Source: Rhynchobatus australiae (lineage: Eukaryota). Taken from it: 64,000 bases of DNA. The stretch spans positions 30,095,374-30,159,373 of the forward strand of contig JAUZTB010000087.1 in NCBI GenBank assembly GCA_034780895.1, given 5' to 3'. Every line of letters starts with the position of its first letter. Position 1 is the stretch's first letter. The notes under the pieces were generated by a model. That model made no database searches. It had not been told where the DNA came from and saw only the letters and a program-made list of their open reading frames with translations. Below are positions 53,088-64,000 of the stretch, piece after piece. A program made the translations under genes and the position numbers.

Positions 53088-54699
53088 TTTAACAACAACG
53101 TTGATGAAAAGTTGCGCGCTGAGCATCAGTTTCCCCCACACACACTTAAGGGTCCAGTAATGGTTACGGAGGCTGTTGAGAGCCCTTCATTAAAAAAAAA
53201 ACAACTTTCTTAAAAACTCAATGAATCCGTCCCCACATCGCAGCAATACTTTGCAGTAAATACTGTTTCAAACGATAGTCGGAATTTAGCACGCTCTTTT
53301 TTAAAAGGCGGAGGGTGAAGAAATAAATAAACTTTACTGGGCATCATCCCTGTTTCCCTTCCAATCCCTGACTAAAAGTCACGGGGAATAGTTGTTCCTT
53401 TACAAATGATCAGCACCGAGAGAATAGTCGCAGAGCAGCCTGATCTTCCCTTCAGTCAAACGAAGACCCAGAAATCAGTTCTCTGAAATCCGTTGTTCAA
53501 CATTCTTGTATCAACTGCTAAACTCCGTGCGTATCACTGCAGCGGGGGAAACGTCNNNNNNNNNNGTCAGGGTAGGTTACAGAGTTAGCCAAACATCGCA
53601 ACGACTCCGTGTAACACTGGAGGATTCTGGAGATCTATGGGTTGCCAACCAAGTTGTAGGGTTGTATTCGGACAGTCGCTGCCAGCCGGTGAATCATTTT
53701 AGATTGCTTGTGCATTTTAGTTATAAGCAACGGAATTAGAAGCAGGATTTTCCCCATCACATTTAGTTCCTTGAATTGAACGATTGCAGGTTATATTCTT
53801 ATATTCTGTTTACTTTTGATCGGCGCGTACAGAGGTTACCCAACTTGGTGATTACGTTTAAAACCACGATCTACAGAAATAAACTATAGTAGATGATTGT
53901 GATTTGTAGCTCGTAAGAAGATGTGCACAGTCCCAGACAAATTGAATTTCTCGTTGGTTTCCACCCGTTCATAATACAGTTGGGGAGCTCGGACATTCGT
54001 TCTGTGCGGGCCAATCATGGCTCTTCCGATTGTTCTCAAACCGACCGCTCGGCTTCTTTCTGTGTCCTGAATTTCTCCTCACAAGCGATCAGACGAAGTG
54101 CAGATTTTATCGACTACTCTGTTCGCAAAATAACCTGATTTCCTCACGTTTTTTGATTCTCAAACATGTAATTAAAAAACGTGGCTGTTCAGTTTGAAAG
54201 AGAGCGCCCGGCACGACCCCCGGGAGCCCACCAGTGCTCTGATCACTACCATCCTGTCGCTCTGAAGGCATCGGCAACTTTTTCTGAATCCATGTCAAAA
54301 GGCAGAAAGCAAAGAGCAGTAATGATCGGATCCAAGAAACTAGCTACTCAAACCGGTGTGCATGATGTACAATTCCTTCAAACTTTCGAACACAACGTAT
54401 TCAATTGCTGTTGATTTTTTCTTACACGATACGTTAAATGATCATAAACGTCCCCCCAAAACTCTAGAAATTGAAAAGAAAAACTGCTAAACTTTGTACT
54501 TTCCAGTAACATCCACGTTAAAGCAAGATTTAGAGGAGAAACATTATCGGTTATCGCCAGAAGTTACCGAATCCATAAAGAGTTACCAGCCCCGTCTGTT
54601 TACATTAGCGTGCTTTCAACAGAAACATGCGTTGGGCTGCCACTACCGTCCCCATCCCCCATTAGGAAGCCTTGAAGCTCTGCGCTTCTTTCTGCAACA

Positions 54700-56240
54700 A
54701 AGATCCAATTAGTTCCCCTCCAGCAACACTCTCATCTGCCTGGCAGAACTCGTTCTTATCCAGAACAACTCTTTTATTCCTCGCACTTCCAACAATTCAA
54801 AGATGCCTGTCTCTTTCCTGGTACCACTCCCCAATGCAGCGACAACTGTACTGGTACCGTGGAACTCGCCAATTTTTATCATCTTTGCTACTAACTTCCA
54901 CCCCTCTCTCGTATTCACAGACCATTCTGGACGCGTCTTCCTTTTCTGGATCTCTCTGTCTTCTTCTCAGGTGAGCTACATTGACTACAATGCCATCCCT
55001 TTCTCCAGGTTTCTCTGTCTCTGCCACATCTGAAAATGTGGCTTCCCTTCCACTGCAGTTGATAGAGCCTGCTCTCCTATTTCCTCAGTTCCCCGTACTT
55101 CTGCCCCCACCCCACTCCCTCCAAAAGACAGTTCCCCAGTCCTCGTCTTTCACTCTACCCAGTACATCATTTTCGCTAGCTGCAACAGGATCCCGCTACT
55201 AGCCACAAGTTCCTCTCTTCAACTCTTTCTACGTTCCACAGGGACCACTCTCTCTGTTACGCCCTTGTCCACTAATCCCTCCCCACCAACCTTTACTTGA
55301 CCCCTGGAAATTTCCCCTGCAACCTTAGATGTTCCTACATCTCCTCTCTCACCACCATCCAGGGATCGAAACAGCCTTCCAGATGAGGCAAAGATGCATG
55401 TGCACCTCCTCTACTGCATTTGGTGCTCCTGATGTGACAGCCTCTACATCAGCAAGACCAAGTGCAGACTAGGCAACTGGTGTGCAGAGAACCAGCTCTC
55501 TGTCCACAATGGTCATGCTGAGCTCCCAGTTGCATGCCATTTCAACTCCCCATTCCCACACCAACCTGCCCATCCTCAATCTTCTCCACTGCCAAAGTGA
55601 GGCCAAATGCAAACTAAAAGAATAATGCATCATATTCTGCCTAGGTAGTCCACAACCCAATGGTATGAACATTTGAATTTTCCAATTTCAGGTGACTCTT
55701 ACGTCCTTGTGTTTTTTCTCAACCCCCCCCCCCTTGCAATCTAGCTTTGTTCCTCCCATTTTTGCTCCCTCTACGTACTACCCATACACTTCACCCACCG
55801 GACCCCCCCCCCCACCAAATCTGGTTCCACCTGCCCTTCATCTCTCCCTNNNNNNNNNNNNNNNNNNNNNNNNNNNNNNNNNNNNNNNNNTATCACCCTC
55901 CAGCCTTTGTCTTCACCTTCCCCTTCCCCACCTGGTTCTATCTGTTTCCTTTTTGTTTTTTTTTCCTCGTCTGCTTCCACCTATCACCCACCTGTCTTCC
56001 AACCTCACCCCTCCCCCTCCTTCACTTGGCTCCTTCTACCTATCATCCTTCACCCCATCTCAGTCCACCTCAGTTATCTCTGCCTTGGTCCCACCCCTCC
56101 CCCTCTCCTCTTTAAAGCAGCTATCTTCCCTCTACACTCAGTCCCGATGCAAGGTCTCGAATCAAAGTTGACAATTCCTTTTCCCCACCACAGATGCTGC
56201 TGGAGCCAGAGAGTTCCTCCAGCAGTTTGTTTTTGCTGTC
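54700..56240 (+). mobile_element. Penelope-like retroelement (RT and GIY-YIG remnants, pyrimidine-rich spacer, terminus)
   Basis: 'FIIFATNFHPSLVFT' RT motif; GIY-YIG remnant at 55377-55480; terminus 'cagtcccgatgcaaggtctcga...cacagatgctgct...gagttcctccagcag'. Confidence 0.85.
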
Positions 56241-57014
56241 ACTACCATCAATGTCTCACAAACTGCAACCGAGCTTGTGACAGGGTAGTTCAATGTTCAT
56301 TTAGAAGCAAACTTGGTAAAACCCAGACCTTTCTTGGAAAAAGAGCCATGGGATAATTTTTATATACAACTTCCATTTGAGCAAGTGGATGGACCCTGAA
56401 CAATGAATTACTTCCTTTTCAATGCATTGCCAGTTTGTATTGTGTAAAATACTCAAATAATGGACTGGATCCTAAAATCACATTTTCACTCAGAAGGTTG
56501 AACCTACCTACAGAGACTGATTAACATAGTAAATAACTTTGTTGCTCATACACATTCAATTATTTGTCAGGAAAATGGTGGAAGCAAAGTTTGCTGGGGG
56601 AAAAAAAACTGCTGAGAGCCAATTTACCTTAGATTTTGGATTGGGGTTGTTGGGAGTTTCCTGAAGGCTGACAGTGAGAAGGATGAAGGATGCTTCACAT
56701 GAGATCCTGACTGGGCTGGCTCTTTGAAAGAGCAATCTATTTAATGACNNNNNNNNNNNNNNNNNNNNNNNNNNNNNNNNNNNNNNNNNNNNNNNNNNNN
56801 NNNNNNNNNNNNNNNNNNNNNNNNNNNNNNNNNNNNNNNNNNNNNNNNNNNNNNNNNNNNNNNNNNNNNNNNNNNNNNNNNNNNNNNATCCATCAAAACT
56901 CTGCTGCTTATTTTTAAAATCCCTCAAAGTCCTGTTCGGCCTACACAAGTTCGCATTTCAGTACCTCAAATCTTAAAATCTCATTGTTTTAATTCCTCCT
57001 TTCTTGACAACCTC

Positions 57015-57225
57015 TCGTGCAATTCTCTGCCAAGGGAAACAGTAGAGGCTATCTCATTAAATATATTTAAGACACACTTAGAGATTTTTGCATAGTGGGG
57101 GAATTAAGGGTTATGGGGAAAAGGCAGATAGGTGGATCTGAGTCCATGGCCAGTTCAGCCACGATTTTATTAAATAGCAGAGCAGGCTCGACAGGCCTAC
57201 TCCTGCTCCTATTTCTTTTATTCTT
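57015..57225 (+). mobile_element. CR1-type LINE 3' end, within a probable older L2 remnant
   Basis: 'aattctctgccaagggaaacagtagaggct...aagggttatggggaaaaggcag...ggcctactcctgctcctatttct'. Confidence 0.85.
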
Positions 57226-58194
57226 TCACCTCTCCAGGCATGTGTTTCTCTAATTTTGACACTTTCCTGCTCTTATTCACTCCAACATCAGTCATCGTGC
57301 TTTTGGCTATTTCTGTCCTACACTTTAGAATACCCACACTATATTTCTTGCTTTTCTCCTCAGGATAGTGATTTTACTTTGATCATTTTCTTCATTATTG
57401 GTGGGAATTTGAAGAGTAACTGATCTGCTAATTTCAAAACTGAGTTAAAAGAACACAAAGACTAGTAGAAACAAAAAATGAAATGACTTTATCAAAACCT
57501 TCAACCACCCAAAGCTCTCATGCCTTTTTTTATTTAAAGACAGAAAAAATAGTATTAAACAATCATTTCTCCAAAAAGAATAAAATGAAAGTCACAGAAG
57601 TGTATTTTGCAAGATAATATTGCCAACCACCAAATGCCTGCCACCAAAAAAATGGTCATCATTTTGCATCAAGAAATATTGTTAAGAGCTTAAATTTGGT
57701 ACATTAATCAAGTTAATTTACATACTTTTATAGTGTTGAACAAGTGAATAGCTTTAAATGTATGGGTCAAATTCACACCCAAAATTATTCAAAAAATGTT
57801 TCTAGGCTTGAAATGAAATTTATCACTTTAAAAACATTAATTTTCACTTAATGAGTAAATTGTCAAGCAAATTGTAAAGACAAAATAAAAATTATACACT
57901 GCAAGGGCAATCAGCATATGCCAGTTCAAACTTGGAGAAACCAGATCAGAATCAAATTTTGTCTCTGCACAATGTATTCTTTATATTATTGGTCAACAAG
58001 TGCATGCAAATTCTCTATTATATTCTATCAACTTTTAAAATCAACAGCAATCACTTTACATCCAACTACTCCTGTTACTTGACATTTTTTTAAAAAAAAA
58101 GGTTACAATGAATAGAAGTCTAAACTTCTTTAAGCTGGCTATACGTAAGTTTCTTTTCAAAACTCCATTCTCTGTACAAGTGTAAAACTCACAA

Positions 58195-58700
58195 AGAAAG
58201 AGGAGTTCATCTAGCCCCACAAACCTGTTCAACCACTCAATTAGTTCATGATTGATCTGGAACTCAAATTCATTTTGGTTTGTTCCACAATCGATTGGTA
58301 TTCTTTACCTACAATAAATATATTAGCTTTAATCCCAAAACTTCCAAAATGACTCCCTTCTCACAAACGTACAAATGGGAGAGCAATTTCCAACACCCTT
58401 TATTTGAAAACTGCACTTTCTGACACCTTTCCTAAATGTCCTAACCTCCAATTTTAAGATAATACCTCCTTGTTCTGGATTCCCTCATAAGAGGAAGTCA
58501 GTTCTCTATATTGATTCTGTTAATCACATTAAATAGCTAATTTTGATCACCTCTCAATCTTCCGGATTCCAGGGAATAAAACTCAAATGTAATGTCTTCA
58601 TAATTTAACCTTGTATTCTATGGAATCAATTTGATGAACCTGTACTGCTCTCAAGTCAATACATCTTTCTTGAGGTTTGCCGACGAAAATGAACAGTAGA
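58195..58700 (-). mobile_element. Old CR1 3' fragment
   Basis: Colinear with 9923-10550 (ccccacaaacctgttcaaccactcaattagttcatg...cctccttgttctggattcc). Confidence 0.6.
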
Positions 58701-59829
58701 GATGCATGTAATAAGGATACTCCAAAGTAATCATGAATGACTTTAGTCTACATATAGACAGGTCAAACCAAATTCATAATAATACTATGAAGGATGAATT
58801 TCTAATGTGTGTATAGGATGATCTTTATTTAAAATCAGTACATCGAGGAGCCAACTAGAGAAGAGACTGGGTACTGCACAACGAGAAGGGGTTAGTTAAT
58901 CCTGTTTTGCGGGATCTTTTAGGGAAGAGTGATATAATCCTTCTTAATATGGAAAGTGCAGTAGTTCAATCCAGGGTCCTAAATTTAAACAAAGGAAACA
59001 ACTAAGGTAGGAAGTAAGCTGCCTAATCAGAGCTGATTTTTTAAAAAAATATGTAAAGTGGACATTACTAGGCACTGAACTCAAGAAATGGAAAGTAAAG
59101 TTCCATGCAACTTTCTTTAAAATAATTAGGAACATCTAACTTGCCTTAAGTTAATATTTCAAACATTTTAAAATTAAAATCACTGCATTCAGTTTTATGG
59201 ATACTCAAATATTTAGTATATGTTTGAAATGCTGCTTTTTGTGAATTTTGTATTTCAATAAATTGAGCAATGATTTACCCTAAATAATAAAAATTTCATT
59301 TTGAGGATCCAGCAGTTTCAGTTAAGTAATTGCATATTAAATTGGACCATATTTTTCATATCCAAACTGCCTTGTCTGTAGCTAGAAATTGGGTTATAAC
59401 CATTCAAATTTATTTCACATCAGATCTTTACAGACAAACTGAGGGAGTGTTCATTTAGCCTGGAATGAAATACACACCTTATACGTGCAATTTTGGTACA
59501 CTTACATGGAACCAACATTTTTCCAAGCTATAAAATAACCAAAGTTCTGGGAATTCCATGGATCAGGGGAGCAACAGAAGCACATTGTCTTTGCCCTAAA
59601 TTTGTCCAAAATGTATTTATTTCAATTTGGGATCTTTGGCAACACGATAAAACATTTCAGACCATTTTCTGAAAGGATATATTGTGGAAGTAATCAAGAA
59701 ATTTTAGATCTTGACTTGTACTATGAAAGAGAGTAGTCTTATAATAAAGAACCCTTTAGTACTATGATCTTATTTGACAGAAAATAATTGGTATTAAGAG
59801 TGATGTACTTGCATTAAAAATATAATAAT

Positions 59830-61620
59830 AGTATTTAAACTTACAGCCAATTGTCTAACTCTAAAGAAACAGTTGGCTAAGACAAATTAGGAAAGTAGAT
59901 TTAAAGGTTTGACAATAGATAAGAAATGACAAACTTTTAAAGTAATATTTCATTCTGTTCAATGAATATACTTTACAATGAGAAATAAAAGCCCTAATGA
60001 AAAATTATCTATCTGTAGCCATCTATGAAGATTGTAAATCTCTTTTTAATCTAATGCAACATCAAGAGTAGTAAAACTGAGGATTAGGAGGTACAGGTCA
60101 TGCTTTGTTGGATTCTGAAAAAACCCGATAAAAAGAAAGAAAATACAATGAAGGTAGAGCAGCATGAAATAATAAAACCAAGCTGTAAGAAAGGATATAT
60201 AAAGGAAAAGTATCAAAAGAAAATGTGGGTACTTTGGGGGATAAGATAAAGCAGAGTAGAGTTGTGACTGAGACATTAAGCAAACATTCAGTACGTCTTC
60301 AAAAAAACACAATTAATGTACCAGAAATGCTAGAGGAAACAATGGTCTAATGGAAGTGAGTAACTAAAAGCAATTAATGTTATTAAGAGAAAGTACCAGA
60401 GCATTCATTAGACTTAATACATCCCCTGGAGTTTAGATCCAAGGGTTTGAAATGAGGTGGTTGCAGAGATAGTGGATTAAAAGGCAACAAATGTAACATT
60501 GCTATTCAAGGAAGGGGAAGGAAGAAAGAAAATAGGATTGGTTAGCCTGATGATTGTCAGGAAATCAGAAGGTGCCTTTTTGTTTTAAAGAGTCGGAATA
60601 GGGTACTTCCAAATTCACAATTCATTTGCCTCAACATGGTTTCAAAGGGGAATTGAAAAATGTTACTTTGTGATTTAACTAACAGGATAGATAAAAAGAA
60701 ATTAGTGGAGGTAGCAAAATTGTGTTTTCAAAGAGTGGCCACAGAAAAGCTACACTCAAAATAAGAGCTTATGAGACTGGGAAATTATACTGGTGTTGAT
60801 GGAGGAATAGTTAACAGACAGATTTAGAGTAAATTTGTCATCTTCAGTTTGGTTAATTGTTAAGTGGCATGGCATAACAATTACTGCTGGGCCCCAGCTA
60901 TTTACACACTAAATTAATGACATAGTTGAAGAAACCAAGAGTAATGTATCCAAATTTTCAAACATGATGAAGATTAGTGGGAAAGCAAGTTTTGAGGAGG
61001 ATGCAGTGGTAGAGGGGCTGTAACTTTGGAAAATTTACAGTTGTTCACATGGTAAGAAGTGCATTTTTTTTTAGGTAGTGAAAAGCCATCAAATGTTGGT
61101 GTTCTGCAAGATTGAATTTTTCTATGGAGCACTAATAGGCAGAAATAGCGAGCTATTAGGAAGCCAAATGATATAGTGAGGTTTATAGGAAGGGAGCTGG
61201 ATTACAAAAATTAGGAAGTTTTGTTGCAAATACATGGGGCTTTGATCACTCTATATCTGTGTGCAGATTTGCTCTTTGTACTCAAGAAAGCCTAAGAGAA
61301 AATGCAACAGTTTCAACTGATTGATTGGATAAGTGCTTTGTAAATGAGATGAGATCAAGGTGAATTTAGCTATACTTTCTAGCGTTTAGAAGAGCAGCAG
61401 CTGAAAAAGATCCTGCGAAGGACTGACAGGATAAAGTCTGAGAGGTTGTTTCATTAGGCTAGTGACCACAGAACCAGGAGCATCATCGGGATAAAGCATC
61501 AGCCATTTTTGACTGAGTTGAAGTGGGATTTCTTCACTGAAGTTTGAGTTTTCTGCTCCAAGGATGATTGATGTGAATGCTCAGTTGCTAAACGTATTCA
61601 GTACTGAGGTATATCATCGT
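59830..61620 (+). mobile_element. Highly decayed CR1 LINE (ORF2 through 3' part)
   Basis: Scattered motifs: 'aaatgtaacattgctattcaagga', 'caacatggtttc', 'gctgggccccagctatttacac', 'agaaccaggagcat'. Confidence 0.65.
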
Positions 61621-62034
61621 GGTTAAAATCAACTGCTATTCCTACTCTTCACAGACATTATCCTTTATTGAAACAGCAACATATGCGATGTTAGGTGCTA
61701 ACAACTGGGCCCAGCAATGATGACCACTGCATTTGAATAGAATATTGTAAATAGTATCAAAACTTACACATAAATCTTGAGAGCGAGTTTAGAGAAAATG
61801 AGAATAGCTGGCAGTGATTGTAGCACACTTCAGCAAGGAGCCAACATCCATAGGAGGAGCAAATGAAAAGAAATACCAAAAGTTTGATAATCCTACAAGC
61901 TTGCAATATGCCTTTTAAACACTCCGCTGCCGATGCTCACATACAGTATGTCTAGCAATACATCAAACTAAAGTTGGTCAGATTCTAAATCTAGAAGTTG
62001 TACCAATTTGGTTAACCTTTAATAAAACATCATC

Positions 62035-62165
62035 AAGTCCACAGAAACAAGCTCTTTGGTCCAACTTGATATGCTGACCAAGGTGCTGATTGGAGCTAGT
62101 CCTATTTGCCTGTGTTTGATCCATATCCCACTAATCGTTTCCCATCCATGTATCTGACTAAATAA
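62035..62165 (-). mobile_element. CR1/HER1-like 3' tail
   Basis: Same tail as 8150-8265 ('gctagtcctatttgcctgtgtttgatccatatcc'). Confidence 0.8.
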
Positions 62166-64000
62166 GACCATAAGATATAGGAGCAGGATTGGGTCGTTTG
62201 GCTAATTGTGTCTGCTCTGTCATTCAATCAAGGCTGACTTTTTATTTTCTCAACCTCATTCTCCCACCTCCTCCTCATAACCCTTCACCCTCTTACCAAT
62301 CAAGAACCTATCAATCTCTGCCTTAAATACACCCAATGACTTGGCCTCCACGCCCTCTGTGGCAATGAATTCTGCAGATTCACCACTCACTGGCTGAAGA
62401 AATCCCCCCTCATCTCTGTTCCAAAGGGACATCCCTTTATTCTGAGGCAGTACCGTTTGATCCTACTAATAGAAACATCCTCTGCATCCACTCTATCCAG
62501 GCCTTTCAGTATTCAGTAGGTTGCAGTGAGATTCTCCTCCATTCAGCACCCTCCCCACTTCCTTCTGAACTCCATAGAGTACAGGTCCAGAGCTATCAAA
62601 CACTCCTCATACGTTAAGCTTTTCATTCCCAGGATCATTCTTGTGAACCTCCTATAGACCCTCTCCGGGGCCAGCACATCTTTCCTTAGATTCAGAGTCC
62701 AAAATTGCTCACAATATTCCAAATCATGTCTGACCAATGCCTTAAAGCCTCAGCACCACATCCTTGCTTTTATATTCTAGTCCTGTCAAAATGAATGCTA
62801 ACATTGCATTTGCCTCCCTTACTACCGACTCAACCTGCAAGTTAACCTTGAGGGAATCCTGAACTAGGACTCCCAAGTCATGTTGCAGCTCTGATTTCCA
62901 AATTCTCTCCCCATTTAGAAAATAGTCTACACCTTTATTCTTCCTACCAAAGTGTCTAACCTGCTTATAACCTCCTCAAAGAATTCTAACTGATTTGTCA
63001 GGCAAAATCTCCCCTTAACGAAACTGTGCATGCTTTGCCCTATTTTATCATTTATTTCCAAGTACTCCAAAATTTCATCCTTAATAATGGACTCTAAAAT
63101 CTTAACAACCATTGAGGTCAGGCCAATTGGTCTATAATTTCCTGTATTTTGCCTCCCTCCTTACTTATACAGGGTTGTTATATCTGTGATTTTTTTCCAG
63201 TCCTCTGGGACCCTCCCTCACCCCAGTGATTTTTGATAGATCACTACTACTGCCTCTACAATCTATTCAGCTATTTATTCCAGAACTCTGGGGTGTGGTC
63301 CACCTGGCCCAGATGACTTATCCATCTTTAGGTCTTTCAGATTCCCCAGCACCTTCTCCTTAGTAATGGCCACTACACTCACCTCTGCCCCCTGACTCTC
63401 GAATTTCTGGCATGTTGCTGGTGTCTTTCACTGTGAAGACTGATGCAAAGTACCTGTTCAGTTCCTCCACCATTTCTTTGTTCTCCATTGCTCCTTCTCC
63501 AGCATCATTTTCCATAGTCCAATGTCCACTCTTGCCTCTCTCTTACTGCTTGTGTATCTAAAAAAAACCTTCTGCAATCTTCTTTTATATTATTGGCTAG
63601 TTTACCCTCATATTTTGTCTTTTCCCCCTTTTTGCTTTTAGTTGTCCTGTTGGGTTTTAAAGGCTTCCCAGTCCTCTAGCTTCCCACTAATCTTCACCAT
63701 ATTGTCTGCCTTCTCTTTGGCTTTTATGTTGTCCCTGACTTCCCTTGTCAGATGGTTGCCTCATCTTCCCCTTCTTCTTTGGGATGGAATTTTGCTGTGT
63801 CTCCTGAATTACTCCCAGAAACTCTTGCCATTACTGCTCCATTGACTTTCCTGGTAAGGTTCCCTTCCAATCAACTCTGGCCAGCTCCTCCCTCATGTCT
63901 CAATAGTACCATTATATGATTTCAGCTTCTTCCTCTCAAACTGCAAGGTAAATTATATCTCATATTTTGGTCACTACTCTTAAGGGTTTATTCACTTTAA
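62166..64000 (-). mobile_element. CR1-type LINE with internal deletions, running off the window end
   Basis: 'VRHDLEYCEQFW..LRKDVLAPERVYRRFTRMI' and 'KILESIIKDEI...HSFVKGRFCLTNQLEFFEEV'; 3' tail at 62166. Confidence 0.92.

Larger units (their letters stand above)
49380..54700. promoter_or_regulatory. Second CpG-retaining domain (contains two transposon remnants)
   Basis: CG frequency rises abruptly near 49.4 kb and falls after about 54.7 kb. Confidence 0.55.

Noticed and set aside
4316-58012. Octamer ATGCAAAT/ATTTGCAT sites (about seven noticed)
   Set aside because: Dispersed and close to chance expectation for AT-rich DNA of this length.
1-64000. Conserved microRNAs (miR-9, miR-124, miR-137, miR-219) and tRNA genes
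   Set aside because: No mature sequence found by eye (not an exhaustive scan); tRNA-like boxes belong to SINE heads.

Overview
This is AT-rich, CpG-depleted vertebrate genomic DNA. The repeat repertoire (HER1/CR1-type LINE tails, an HE1-like V-SINE, GIY-YIG Penelope-like elements, and Rex-Babar, RTE and L2 fragments) points to a cartilaginous fish. About 20 N-gaps interrupt the draft assembly, several flanked by duplicated sequence. I see no intact conventional protein-coding gene, rRNA, tRNA gene or CRISPR array. The ORFs I could assign to a protein family are decayed retroelement fragments; the rest look like chance ORFs. Non-repeat signals: (1) a chain of small minus-strand exon candidates at 46.4-41.0 kb, two of which splice in frame into an ORF of at least 42 codons with a hydrophobic end, suggesting a lncRNA or micropeptide transcript; (2) two multi-kb CpG-retaining domains (about 33.2-38.0 kb and 49.4-54.7 kb) with a small GC-rich core; (3) two co-oriented CTCF-like sites. 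Among the repeats, Penelope-like termini carry hammerhead-ribozyme-like remnants, one inside a 180-bp foldback flanked by an 11-bp direct repeat. An RTE LINE carries two nested insertions, and a SINE and a LINE share a 3' tail. Repeat boundaries are approximate and family names come from motif recognition, not a database search.
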